The notes: a model not told the origin generated them from the sequence alone. A stretch of 64,000 bases of DNA from Acidimicrobiia bacterium (GCA_025359845.1 JANYDT010000218.1:10671-74670); one strand, 5' to 3'; shown: positions 1-8,981, counted from the stretch's first letter. Numbers and translations are program-made.

Positions 1-1
1 C

Positions 2-679
2 ATCGAGATGATCACGCTGCGGCGCCCGGTCCATCACGCCCAGGCCCATCACTTCGTGTACGCCGGTTGCGCGTCGTTTTACGATCCGCCGGCGATTCGG
101 CGCTCCGAGATGGGCGAGGTGGCCCTGCGGGTGGGACGGGCGTTGCGGGCCGAAGTCGGCTTCCGGGGCGCGTTCACCGTCGATGGGGTCATGACCGGTG
201 ATGGCTTCCGGCCCACCGAACTCAATCCTCGGCCCGGAGCCGGCCTCAACGTGTTGCGCGGGGCGCTCGGATCGTTCCCGTTGCTCCTCGCCCTCGACGC
301 CATCGTGGCCGGGCTCGACGTGGACTGGCGACCGCGGGAGCTCGAAGCCGAACTAGTGCGCGCCGCCGATGACGAACGGGGCGGAGGGACGTGGCGCATG
401 GTGTCAGCCGAGGTTGACGAGGCTGAGCGCCCCCTCCTGCTCAGCCCGTCGCCGCGGTGGGCCCTCGACGGCGAGCCTCATGATGTGACTGTCGAGATTG
501 GCTCCAGCGGCTCCGTCGCGTTCCTCCGGTCAATGGCGGTGCCCGGACGGGTGCCAGTCGGCGCCAGCTTTGCGCCGACTGCGGTGGCTATCTGGGAGTT
601 CCTCGATCGTGAGCTGCACTTGGGTTTTGGACCGGTTCTTGCCTGCCACCCGTCGGAGGATGCCGACGGGGAACGATGA
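2..679 (+). CDS. ATP-grasp-like protein, C-terminal fragment (gene continues upstream of window)
   Basis: Frame is open to position 2 (track ORF 8..679). Segment GFRGAFTVDGVMTGDGFRPTELNPRPGAG resembles the C-terminal half of ATP-grasp enzymes. Third positions are G/C-rich. Confidence 0.5.
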   Translation: MEMITLRRPVHHAQAHHFVYAGCASFYDPPAIRRSEMGEVALRVGRALRAEVGFRGAFTVDGVMTGDGFRPTELNPRPGAGLNVLRGALGSFPLLLALDAIVAGLDVDWRPRELEAELVRAADDERGGGTWRMVSAEVDEAERPLLLSPSPRWALDGEPHDVTVEIGSSGSVAFLRSMAVPGRVPVGASFAPTAVAIWEFLDRELHLGFGPVLACHPSEDADGER

Positions 680-685
680 TGGGGC

Positions 686-1228
686 ATGCCCGCGGCCGAA
701 CTTCACGATCTTCGTGATTCGCGCGCCGTGCTGTTGGCGTTGTACGACCGCGCCGTCGGCGAGGTCTATCGTTACCTTCGGGCGCGATGTCAAAGCGACA
801 CCGTCGCCGAAGATCTCACGTCGGAGACGTTCCTGGCCGCCGTCAGCGCGGTCGAACGCAACGCCGTCGCCGATCTCACCACGGCCTGGTTGATCGGCGT
901 CGCCCGCCACAAGCTCGTCGACCACTGGCGCCGTCAAGCCCGCGAAGAGCGCAAGCTTCACGCCATCGCCGGCGGGCTCGATGGGGAATCCGAGCCATCC
1001 TGGGACCCGTGGGACGCGACGCTGTAGGGCGGACGGGCGCAACAAACCCTGGCCTCGCTAGGTACCCATCATCGCCGCGCGTTGGTGTTGCGCTACGTCG
1101 ATGACCTGTCCGTCTCTGCCGTCGCGGTGGAGTTGGGCCGCACCCTGCACGCCACCGAAACGCTGCTTGTTCGGGCCCGCATCGCCTTCCGTCGAGCCTA
1201 TGAAACCGTGGAGAGTGACGATGTCTGA
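686..1228 (+). pseudogene. ECF-type RNA polymerase sigma-70 factor interrupted by one in-frame TAG (1025-1027) between region 2 and region 4
   Basis: 686..1027 encodes sigma region 2 (DLTSETFLAAV...AWLIGVARHKLVDHWRR). The same frame after the TAG reads GGRAQQTLASLGTHHRRALVLRYVDDLSVSAVAVELGRTLHATETLLVRARIAFRRAYETVESDDV-TGA (region 4 HTH). The stop at 1226-1228 overlaps ATG 1221 of the next gene. Confidence 0.75.
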
Positions 1229-2195
1229 GACCCACGACCCATTCGTCGTTCTGCGGGCGACCGCCGACGGACCTAACCCGTCAGCGCCCCGTCCATCGTT
1301 CGTCGCGGCCTTGCGGGCTCGACTCGAACTCGTCCTTACCCCCACCATAGAACTCCCGGAAAGGTCGGCCACCATGACCGATACCGCTGCATACACCACC
1401 CAGACCCCGCCCGTCGCCCTCAACGCCACCCAGACCCTGACTCCCTACCTCACCGTGCACAGCGGAGTGGAGGCCCTCGATTGGTACACGCGGGCCATGG
1501 GCGCGATCGAAGTCACTCGCTTCTCTGGCGACGACGGGCGGATCGGTCACGCCGAACTGCGCATCGGAACGGCAACGTTTTTCCTGTCCGACGAATACCC
1601 CGAGATCGGCGTCATCAGCCCCCGCACACTCGGCGGCACACCGTTTGCGCTCCACCTCGATGTGGTCGAAACCGACTACGCGTACCAACGCGCTGTCGAG
1701 GCCGGAGCCGAGGGCCTGTCGGCCCCCGAGGACAAGCCCCACGGCGCCCGTGGGGCGACGATCCGTGATCCATACGGACACCGTTGGATGCTGTCGCAAG
1801 CCATCGCCGACCCGACCCCCGAAGCCATCATGGCCGCCGACCCGTCCTTCACCGTCACCGGACGGGTGCCGTCCGAGCCCGGCTACATCACCATGCATAT
1901 GGCCGACCAGGTCAAGGCCGCGACCTTCTTCGGCGAGCTGTTCGGGTGGATGTTCGAGCCCGGCGGCCACATCAAGAACACCCGCTTCCCAATGGGCATG
2001 ACGTCAACTTCGACTGACAACCGCGACGTCAAGCTTTACTTCCGGGTCGACAACATCGATTCGTACGCAGCCCGAGTCGTCGAGTTGGGCGGTCAGGTTC
2101 TGGGCACAACCGAGTACGACTCTGGCGGTAACGCCGAGTGCGTCGACGATCAGGGTTTCCGGTTCGACTTGTACCGGCCGGCTCCGGGGTACTGA
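1221..2195 (+). CDS. VOC (glyoxalase/bleomycin-resistance/dioxygenase) family protein, two tandem VOC domains behind a ~70-aa N-terminal region
   Basis: In-frame ATG 1221 lies inside track ORF 1101..2195 and overlaps the sigma stop (ATGTCTGA). PhnB-like segments GRIGHAELRIGTATFFLSDE and HGARGATIRDPYGHRWML are present. Confidence 0.8.
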   Translation: MSETHDPFVVLRATADGPNPSAPRPSFVAALRARLELVLTPTIELPERSATMTDTAAYTTQTPPVALNATQTLTPYLTVHSGVEALDWYTRAMGAIEVTRFSGDDGRIGHAELRIGTATFFLSDEYPEIGVISPRTLGGTPFALHLDVVETDYAYQRAVEAGAEGLSAPEDKPHGARGATIRDPYGHRWMLSQAIADPTPEAIMAADPSFTVTGRVPSEPGYITMHMADQVKAATFFGELFGWMFEPGGHIKNTRFPMGMTSTSTDNRDVKLYFRVDNIDSYAARVVELGGQVLGTTEYDSGGNAECVDDQGFRFDLYRPAPGY

Positions 2196-2206
2196 GCCTT
2201 CCGGCC

Positions 2207-2349
2207 GGCAGGTCCGCGGACCTGACGGTAGGGCCGCGCCCCTAACGACAGGTCCGCGCCCAAACGGCAGGTCCGCGCCCAAAACTGCCACCCAAATCCG
2301 ATTTTTGGGTTTTGGGTGCCAGTTTTGGGCGCGAGGAGCCAGTTTTGGG
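2207..2349. repeat. Cluster of short direct repeats in a convergent intergenic region
   Basis: (G/A)CAGGTCCGCG occurs three times (about 2207, 2248, 2268), the last two extended to CAGGTCCGCGCCCAAA. GCCAGTTTTGGG occurs twice (2318, 2338). GGTCCGCGGACC at 2211-2222 is a perfect 12-bp palindrome. Confidence 0.8.
2274..2333. terminator. Long imperfect hairpin between convergent genes (candidate bidirectional terminator or structured element)
   Basis: CGCGCCCAAAACTG-C-CACCCAAA [14-nt loop TCCGATTTTTGGGT] TTTGGGTG-C-CAGTTTTGGGCGCG: 14 bp + C/C mismatch + 8 bp. T/A runs lie inside rather than after the stem. Confidence 0.45.
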
Positions 2350-2360
2350 AGCGGATGGCC

Positions 2361-4340
2361 TCACCTCCGAAGCGCCATCGCGGCGCGGCGGCCTTCCAGG
2401 ATGGCTTCGTGGATGGTGCGGGGCGCGACAGCGTCGCCGATTCTCAGCGCATCATCATCTCCGAGCGTTTGGTCGGGCACCCGATGGCCACAAGCGATCA
2501 TCGCAACGGCTTCGATTTCCGAAGTCATCCCACTGAACCGGTCCTCTACCTGAACGGCGGTGGCCGTCACACGACGGACAAGAGCCCGTTTCACCAACGT
2601 AATGCCGGCGCCGTGCAGACGATTCTGCGACGGGGCGAGATCACCAGTAATAGAGAGCTTCTCGCCGACAAGTAGATCAGGGGTGATGAAGGTGACGGCT
2701 CGACCGTCGGCCGCGAGTCGCTCGGCCACGCTGATGGCGATCGGGCCCGCGATTGGGTCCCACACCGCGACGGCGCCCTGAGGTAGCGAGAGCCCGCTCA
2801 GCACCGCCGCCGCGTGGTGCACGACGCCGTCGTCGTCGACCGAGAACGGCAGCGGACCGTCGGCCCCTCCCGTGGCCAACACCACAGTGGCCACCATGTC
2901 GACGGGCGTGGCGGTGTGGCTGAACGAGAACGTGACGCCGAGGCGCACACACTCGGCCTCCAGCCATTCCCCGATGGCCGAGAGTCGATTCCGCTGGGCC
3001 CCCTGAGCCGCCGCGATCGCCACCCCGCCGGCCCGCGGCGACCGCTCGATCACACGAACGTCATACCCCCGCAGGGCGGCGACCCGGGCGCATTCCATCC
3101 CCGCGACACCGGCCCCGACGATAGTGATCCGGCCACCGGCACGGGCCCGATCGACGGCACCGCCAAGATCGTCAGTCGTCCCAGTAACTCCCCGGCCCTC
3201 CGCCATCGACACATCGGCCTCGACCGGTTCGGCCGGGTCGTCAAGCTCGTGGCCCGTGCGAGGGTCGACCACGCACGTGACGATCGGACTGCGGTTGTCG
3301 CGCACCTTACAGGTCTGGTTGCACAAAATGCAGGGACGGACGCGTTCAGGTTGACCGGCGCGCACTTTGGCCACGAGGTCGGCGTCGGCCAGTTGGGCGC
3401 GAGTCATTTCGACCCCGTCGGCCGCTCCCGACTCGATCGCCCATTCGGCTTGCGAGGGTTCGACGATCGACCCTTGCGCGATCACTGGCAGGCCCGTGTG
3501 TCCGGCCACCTCGAGCGCGGTTCGTACTTGGCGGGCGAGATCGATTCCGAAACCGGGCGCAACGTGGCCGTCGGGCTGAGTGGCCCATGCTGTGTAGATC
3601 GACCCCCGCACGACCGTGAGCAGATCGACGAACGGCGCGAACTCCACGGCCAGCGCGGCGCCCGCTTCGGCGACGATACCGGCCCACGGCGCCATCTCAT
3701 CGACGCAGAGCCGCAGCGCCACGATGCACTCACCGGCCGCGCTTCGTACTTCGGTGAGCACCCGGCGGGCGAAGAGCGAACGATCGGTCCCGTACTCGTC
3801 GCCGCGCTGGTTGGTCAGGCCCGAAAGAAACTGCCGAATGAGCGAGAACTGGCCGGCGTTGACTTCCACCCCATCGAGCCCGGCGGCCACTGCCAGTCGC
3901 GTAGCCTCCCCGAAGCCGGCGACGACTTCATCAATGTCGCAGCCCTCCATAGCCTTGGGCACTTCCCGGGTGGCTACCTCTGGAACCGGCGAGGGGGCCC
4001 ACAGTTCGCGTTGGCTCCAATGGCTGGTTCCCTGTCCGCCGGAGTGGCCGATTGCGGCCAGGACCAGGGCGCCGTGGCGATTGCACGCGTCACCGATGGC
4101 TGGCCAGCCCGTCGCACACGACGACGCCAACAGCGAGCGCTCGTAGGGCCAGTCCGAAGGGTGAACCGAGGCCTCCTCGATCACTACGATCCCCGACCCG
4201 CCGGCGGCCCGCCGTTCGTAATACGCCGTATGGGCGGCGCTCGGGGTGCGGTGGCGACCCAGGTTGGTCTCGTGCGGACCGAACAGCACGCGCGACGGGG
4301 CCGTGGCGTGACGCACATCGAGAGGTGAGAGCAGCTTCAT
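2361..4340 (-). CDS. Old-Yellow-Enzyme-family NADH:flavin oxidoreductase fused to an FAD/NAD(P)-binding domain (2,4-dienoyl-CoA reductase-like)
   Basis: Track ORF 2361..4400, with start taken at the internal ATG (MKLLSPLD). OYE TIM-barrel region, Cys cluster CILCNQTCKV...C, then Rossmann motif IVGAGVAGMECA. Confidence 0.8.
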   Translation of the reverse strand: MKLLSPLDVRHATAPSRVLFGPHETNLGRHRTPSAAHTAYYERRAAGGSGIVVIEEASVHPSDWPYERSLLASSCATGWPAIGDACNRHGALVLAAIGHSGGQGTSHWSQRELWAPSPVPEVATREVPKAMEGCDIDEVVAGFGEATRLAVAAGLDGVEVNAGQFSLIRQFLSGLTNQRGDEYGTDRSLFARRVLTEVRSAAGECIVALRLCVDEMAPWAGIVAEAGAALAVEFAPFVDLLTVVRGSIYTAWATQPDGHVAPGFGIDLARQVRTALEVAGHTGLPVIAQGSIVEPSQAEWAIESGAADGVEMTRAQLADADLVAKVRAGQPERVRPCILCNQTCKVRDNRSPIVTCVVDPRTGHELDDPAEPVEADVSMAEGRGVTGTTDDLGGAVDRARAGGRITIVGAGVAGMECARVAALRGYDVRVIERSPRAGGVAIAAAQGAQRNRLSAIGEWLEAECVRLGVTFSFSHTATPVDMVATVVLATGGADGPLPFSVDDDGVVHHAAAVLSGLSLPQGAVAVWDPIAGPIAISVAERLAADGRAVTFITPDLLVGEKLSITGDLAPSQNRLHGAGITLVKRALVRRVTATAVQVEDRFSGMTSEIEAVAMIACGHRVPDQTLGDDDALRIGDAVAPRTIHEAILEGRRAAMALRR

Positions 4341-4430
4341 GGTCGGTCGCCATTCTGGCCGATGAAGCGGCGCAGTCCACGATCGACGGCGGCCGACCAC
4401 GACGGATACCTCGGGGTGACCGACCGAAGG

Positions 4431-5345
4431 TCAATTGACCCGTTCCACCCGCGCTTTGAAGCCGGCCAACAAACAGCCCAAGGTGCGATCGAATCGGTGG
4501 CGGTCGTGACTGGCCTCAGCGATGCGCGACCACACTTGCGACAGACCGACGTCGGCCACCAAGGCGGCCAGCGCCGGATAGCGACCTTGGGCCAGGAGGT
4601 CGCCCATATATCCGACCATGTCGTCGGGTTTGGCATCAAAGTGTTGAGATTCGTTTCGTTGGTGGAGGCAGAAGCCGAACACGGCCTCATCGACGGCCAT
4701 AATGACGTCGAGCTTCTCGTCGAACGTGGCCGCCATGGTCGAAAGCGCCTGCCAGGACTGATCGAAATGGCGCATCGCGTTCGGTCCAATACGGGCATCG
4801 TCGGTAATATCGAGCACCCACGGATGGCGCTCCAGCGCATCTTTGGTCCGGCTCGCTATCAACGTCATCGCGACCCGCCAATCCTCGGGAATGGAGACCT
4901 CCAAAGGTACCACCACCTCGCCGAAGAACGCATCGACGATGAGCGTCAGCAGCTCGTCCTTCGTGCGCACATAGTGGTAGAGCGTCATCGTGCCGGCGTC
5001 GAGATGAGCAGCGATGCGCCGCATCGACACCGCCGCGAAACCTTCCGCGTCGGCGATCTGCATGGCGGCTGCGGCGATGGCGTCTCGGGTGAATCGTGGT
5101 CGACGAGACACCGGCTCGGAACGGGTCCAGACATCGAGGGCCCCGAGCCGAGCGGCCAGACGATCGATGGTCTCGATGTGCTTGACCGTCTTCGCGGCGA
5201 CCTTTTCGGCGGTCTTGGCGACCACCTTCTCGGCCTGCTGGGTCAATTTGGCGTTGATCTTCTCCGTCGCCTTGTCGACAAGGAGCTGACGGGCCCGAGC
5301 CGAGGCCGGTGACGTCCGTCGCTTTTCCTGAAAATCGCTTGCCAC
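4431..5345 (-). CDS. TetR/AcrR family transcriptional regulator with Ala/Lys/Glu-rich N-terminal extension
   Basis: HTH segment FTRDAIAAAAMQIADAEGFAAVSMRRIAAHLDAGTMTLYHYVRTKDELL. Start is set at GTG 5345, because the longer track ORF (to 5537) would overlap the divergent ABC gene. Confidence 0.75.
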   Translation of the reverse strand: MASDFQEKRRTSPASARARQLLVDKATEKINAKLTQQAEKVVAKTAEKVAAKTVKHIETIDRLAARLGALDVWTRSEPVSRRPRFTRDAIAAAAMQIADAEGFAAVSMRRIAAHLDAGTMTLYHYVRTKDELLTLIVDAFFGEVVVPLEVSIPEDWRVAMTLIASRTKDALERHPWVLDITDDARIGPNAMRHFDQSWQALSTMAATFDEKLDVIMAVDEAVFGFCLHQRNESQHFDAKPDDMVGYMGDLLAQGRYPALAALVADVGLSQVWSRIAEASHDRHRFDRTLGCLLAGFKARVERVN

Positions 5346-5384
5346 GCCGTACAGTGTACTAGTAGGGTTAGCCGTACTATGTAC
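5346..5384. promoter_or_regulatory. Two copies of a 14-bp motif in the TetR/ABC divergent intergenic region (candidate TetR operators)
   Basis: GCCGTACAGTGTAC (5346-5359, core GTACA-G-TGTAC is a perfect palindrome) and GCCGTACTATGTAC (5371-5384, overlapping ATG 5379 of the ABC ATPase). 12 of 14 positions are identical, 25 bp apart. Confidence 0.4.
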
Positions 5385-6401
5385 GAACAAACAGTTCGGC
5401 CTCTCAAAGGGGCCGGCGACCCGCTCTCGGGGGGTGTCGTCGCCACCGGGCTCGGAAAGCGGTTCGGCGATCTCTGGGCGTTGCGCGGCCTCGACCTGAA
5501 TGTGGCTCCGGGCACAGTGCTGGGCCTCCTCGGCCACAACGGCGCCGGTAAGACCACTGCGATCCGTATCCTCACCACGCTGAGTCAGGCGACGGAAGGG
5601 TCAGCCACCGTCGCAGGGATAGACGTCGCCGCCCACCCCGGTCGGGTACGCGAGCGCATCGGCGTCGCGGCGCAACAGGCCACCGTCGATGGCCTGATGA
5701 CCGCTCGGCTGAACCTGCAGACGATCGGCTGTCTGCATGGCATGTCGAAAGCGGAAGCCCGGCGTCGGGGTGATGTCTTGCTGGAGCGTCTCGACCTGAG
5801 CGAGTTCGCGTCGAAATTGGTGCGGACCTACTCCGGCGGCATGCGCCGGCGCCTCGACGTGGCGGCCAGTCTCATGGGCCAACCCGAAGTCCTGTTTCTC
5901 GATGAACCGACGACCGGGCTCGATCCCCGCAGCCGAGGAGATCTGTGGGAGATGCTGCGCGAACTTGTGAGCGAGGGCACCACGATCATTTTGACCACCC
6001 AATACCTCGAAGAGGCCGACCGCATGGCGAACGACATCGTCGTGCTCGACCACGGCCGAACCGTCGCCCACGGCACTCCGGCCGAATTGAAGGCCCGCAT
6101 CGGCGATGATCGCCTCGATGTCAAAGTCGCCAACGCCAGCGAACTCCCCGGCGCCGCGAAAGCCATATCAGTCTTCGCCGAAGAGGAGCCGATGTATGAC
6201 ATGGACGGCCTCGTCGTCACCGCGCCCATCCGCCCAGGAGTCAGGGTCATCGATGTCGTGCGAGCGCTCGACGACGCCGGTATCGAGGCCATCGACATTG
6301 CTCGCCGGGAGGCCACTCTCGATGACGTCTTCATGAGTCTCACCAGCAACTCCCATCACCAGCGCGACGATAGTAAAGACGATCAGAGGGACCCGATATG
6401 A
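5379..6401 (+). CDS. ABC transporter ATP-binding protein, DrrA-like (ABC-2 efflux system)
   Basis: Walker A GHNGAGKTT, signature YSGGMRRRL, Walker B VLFLDEPTTGLD. Confidence 0.9.
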   Translation: MYEQTVRPLKGAGDPLSGGVVATGLGKRFGDLWALRGLDLNVAPGTVLGLLGHNGAGKTTAIRILTTLSQATEGSATVAGIDVAAHPGRVRERIGVAAQQATVDGLMTARLNLQTIGCLHGMSKAEARRRGDVLLERLDLSEFASKLVRTYSGGMRRRLDVAASLMGQPEVLFLDEPTTGLDPRSRGDLWEMLRELVSEGTTIILTTQYLEEADRMANDIVVLDHGRTVAHGTPAELKARIGDDRLDVKVANASELPGAAKAISVFAEEEPMYDMDGLVVTAPIRPGVRVIDVVRALDDAGIEAIDIARREATLDDVFMSLTSNSHHQRDDSKDDQRDPI

Positions 6402-7192
6402 GCAAAAGTGTTCTGACTGACTCGCTGATTTTGGCCCGCCGTAATCTCGAGCACATCCGACAGGTTCCCGAAAAGCTCACCAATGTCACGGTCCAGCCTT
6501 TGATGTTCGTACTGCTGTTCGCGTATGTGTTCGGGGGTGCCATCAACGTGGATAACGGCGGGTACAAGGAGTATTTGATCGGGGGCATCCTCATCCAAAC
6601 GCTGGCGTTCGCCATGATGGGTCCGGCGATGTCTATTGCCACCGACCTCAAGGAAGGAGTGATCGATCGGTTCCGGACGCTGCCATCGCGCCGCTCGGCA
6701 TACTTGTTCGGTCACTACTTGGCCGAAATGGCCGGCTCTCTGCTGACGATCGTCATCCTCCTCGGCACTGGCCTCATTGTCGGTTGGCGGACCCACGCCG
6801 GGTTCCTCCACGTGGCCGAAGGACTGGCACTGCTTTTGGTCTTTGCCACGGCCGTAATCTGGATCGGTCTTTGGTTGGGCATACTGGTCCGATCACCCGA
6901 CGCGGTGATGGGCATCGGGTTCGTCATCGTGTTCCCCATCACGTTCATCAGCAACGCGTTCGTGCCGATCCAGTCGATGCCGAGCGTGCTGCAGTGGGTC
7001 GCGTCGGCCAACCCCATAAGCGTGCTCATCGCCGCCGTCCGCACGCTCTTCGGAAACCCGGTCTCACCCGTGACGAAGCACATCTGGCCGATCGACCATC
7101 CCGTCCCGGCGGCCTGGATCTACAGCGTCCTCCTGGTCGCCTTGGGCTGGACCATCGCGTCGCGGCGGTACCGGGCCCGCACGATGGACTGA
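6398..7192 (+). CDS. ABC-2 type transporter permease, DrrB-like
   Basis: ATGA start/stop overlap with the ATPase gene. Multiple hydrophobic segments over 264 aa, typical ABC-2 permease layout. Confidence 0.8.
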   Translation: MSKSVLTDSLILARRNLEHIRQVPEKLTNVTVQPLMFVLLFAYVFGGAINVDNGGYKEYLIGGILIQTLAFAMMGPAMSIATDLKEGVIDRFRTLPSRRSAYLFGHYLAEMAGSLLTIVILLGTGLIVGWRTHAGFLHVAEGLALLLVFATAVIWIGLWLGILVRSPDAVMGIGFVIVFPITFISNAFVPIQSMPSVLQWVASANPISVLIAAVRTLFGNPVSPVTKHIWPIDHPVPAAWIYSVLLVALGWTIASRRYRARTMD

Positions 7193-7206
7193 GACGATCG
7201 CCTACT

Positions 7207-7821
7207 TCACCCGTCGCGTCCCAACAGCCACGCGAACGCGGCGGCGCGTTCGTGCACCACACCGGCCAGCAACCCAGCGGGCGGGGGGCTTACGGCACGA
7301 CTGAGCAGGTGCAGCCGGGCGGCGACGTCGGCCGCGTCGAGCAGCTCCTGCTCGGCGCGCAACTCCAACGAATCGGACGGCCCAAGCGCAAGAACCACTG
7401 CCGTGAGTTTGCCGGTGTCTACCACTCCATCGGGGAAGGCGAGATGGCGGACCGACCCCATCGCCCACAACAAGACATTGACGGCCTCGAAACGCCACGC
7501 CGCGTGCACGAGTTCGGGAGCGGAAGGCTCGGGGTCGAGGATGAAGTCGGTCTCCGCCACCGTCAGCGCATCCCACACCGAAAGGGCGTCGGCCATCGCG
7601 AACACCTCAGCCTGCGACAGACCTTGGCCCTTCAGCGCGCCCAACGAGAAAGCCAAGATCCGAGCCCGCACCGCCGACACCGACCGCCACACCACCGAAT
7701 CCGCGGTCACCACCGGAGCCTCTTCGGCGGTCAGCGGCACGCCCCACATTTGGCAATACGCGTCGGTCCGCCGGCGCCGTCGGGCGGCGTCGTCGTGCGG
7801 CCCAGGCAAAGGTTCGGTCAC
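7207..7821 (-). CDS. Hypothetical protein, DUF4272-like
   Basis: 204-aa ORF with genome-typical codon bias, 20 bp downstream of and co-oriented with mftC. Family assignment is from memory of DUF4272-type sequences (W..EA.NVLLWA.G) and is tentative. Confidence 0.45.
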   Translation of the reverse strand: MTEPLPGPHDDAARRRRRTDAYCQMWGVPLTAEEAPVVTADSVVWRSVSAVRARILAFSLGALKGQGLSQAEVFAMADALSVWDALTVAETDFILDPEPSAPELVHAAWRFEAVNVLLWAMGSVRHLAFPDGVVDTGKLTAVVLALGPSDSLELRAEQELLDAADVAARLHLLSRAVSPPPAGLLAGVVHERAAAFAWLLGRDG

Positions 7822-7841
7822 GCGCTCAGAGAACTGGCGCG

Positions 7842-8981
7842 TTACCGGCGGGAGAGCGCGACCGGTGTCGGCTTGGAGTGGCCAGGGCCCGGCGACGGTT
7901 TTGCGCCGACCAACGCAAGCGCCTCATCGGCGTTGCCCCAAACGCACTCCGGGTCGGGTCCATCGAGCGGAAGCCCGGTGAAGAATTTCGCCGCCATGCA
8001 ACCCCCCTGGCAGGAATCGAAGCTGCCGCACGAAGCGCACGCTCCGGCCGACTGCGGCTGGCGAAGCTCAAGAAACAGCTGGGACTCGCGCCACACGCTG
8101 GTGAAACCGCCCGCGTCGCGCACGCTGCCGGCCTTGAAGTCGTCGTGGAGCACGAACGGGCACGCGTAGACGTCGCCGACCGGATCGATCAGGCACACGA
8201 TTCTCCCAGCCCCACAAAGGTTGAGCCCGGGTAGGGCCTCCCCGAGGGCGGAGAGGTGAAAAAACGAGTCACCGGTCAGCACGTGGGGACGGGCGACCAA
8301 CCACCGATAGAGCTCGCGTTGCTGGCCGTTGGTGGGATGCAACCGGTCCCACGAATCGGCGCCGCGACCGGCCGGACGAAGGCGGGTGAGGCGCAACTCG
8401 GCGCCGTAGCCGAGAGCGAGCGCCTCGAAGTCATCGAGCTGATCGACGTTCTCACGGGTCACGACCACGGAGATCTTGAACTGGCCAAAGTTCGCCGCGG
8501 CCAAGTTGTCCATCGCCCGGCGAGCCGTGGCGAACGAGCCGACGCCGCGCACTGCGTCATTAGTGAAGGCGTTGGCCCCGTCGATCGAGATCTGCACGTC
8601 TATGTAGTTGCTGCCGGCCAGGCGCCTAGCCGCCACGGGATCGATCTGGGATCCGTTGGTCGAGAACTTCACGCCGACGCCCTGGGCCACCGAATGCTCG
8701 ACGATCTCGAAGAAGTCGGGCCGGATGGTGGGCTCGCCGCCGCCGATGTTCACGTAGAACACTTGGAGCCGGGCCAACTCGTCGATGAATGCCTTGCATT
8801 CGTCGCCGGTCAGTTCGCGCGGGTCACGACGGCCCGACGAGGACAAGCAGTGGATGCAGGCCAGGTTGCACGCGTAGGTCAGTTCCCACGTGAGGCATAT
8901 AGGGGCGTCGAGGCCCCCCTTGAGTTGTTCAACGAGCGGCGGCACAGATGATCTCCGATGCTTCGAGGTCGGCGAGTGCAC
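7842..8981 (-). CDS. mftC: Mycofactocin radical SAM maturase MftC
   Basis: LDAPICLTWELTYACNLACIHCLSSSG (CxxxCxxC), QVFYVNIGGGEPT, SPASM-type C-terminus CGAGR...CPF...CASCGSFDSCQGGCMAAKFFTGLPLDGPDPECV. Near-colinear with M. tuberculosis MftC as I remember it. Alternative GTG start at 8945. Confidence 0.9.
   Translation of the reverse strand: MHSPTSKHRRSSVPPLVEQLKGGLDAPICLTWELTYACNLACIHCLSSSGRRDPRELTGDECKAFIDELARLQVFYVNIGGGEPTIRPDFFEIVEHSVAQGVGVKFSTNGSQIDPVAARRLAGSNYIDVQISIDGANAFTNDAVRGVGSFATARRAMDNLAAANFGQFKISVVVTRENVDQLDDFEALALGYGAELRLTRLRPAGRGADSWDRLHPTNGQQRELYRWLVARPHVLTGDSFFHLSALGEALPGLNLCGAGRIVCLIDPVGDVYACPFVLHDDFKAGSVRDAGGFTSVWRESQLFLELRQPQSAGACASCGSFDSCQGGCMAAKFFTGLPLDGPDPECVWGNADEALALVGAKPSPGPGHSKPTPVALSRR

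Noticed and set aside
1025-1027. TAG in the sigma factor as a pyrrolysine codon
   Set aside because: No pyl genes are present in the window, TAG is used as an ordinary stop by neighbouring genes (e.g. mftA, thiolase), and the position is a variable linker. A nonsense mutation or sequencing error is far more likely.
2814-4328. 504-aa ORF on the plus strand
   Set aside because: It is entirely antisense to the well-supported OYE/dienoyl-CoA-reductase-like gene. Its Arg/Gly/Pro/His-rich composition is typical of spurious ORFs in high-GC DNA, and it has no recognisable motifs.
7207-7821. Possibility that the gene after mftC is mftD or mftE
   Set aside because: It has no FMN-dependent dehydrogenase motifs and no creatininase-type metal-binding pattern, and its length (204 aa) and sequence do not fit either. 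It is kept as a DUF4272-like hypothetical.
6784-8169. 461-aa ORF on the plus strand
   Set aside because: It runs across the ABC-2 permease (other frame), the DUF4272-like gene and mftC (antisense). Its composition is Arg/Pro/Gly/His-rich, so it is an artefact.
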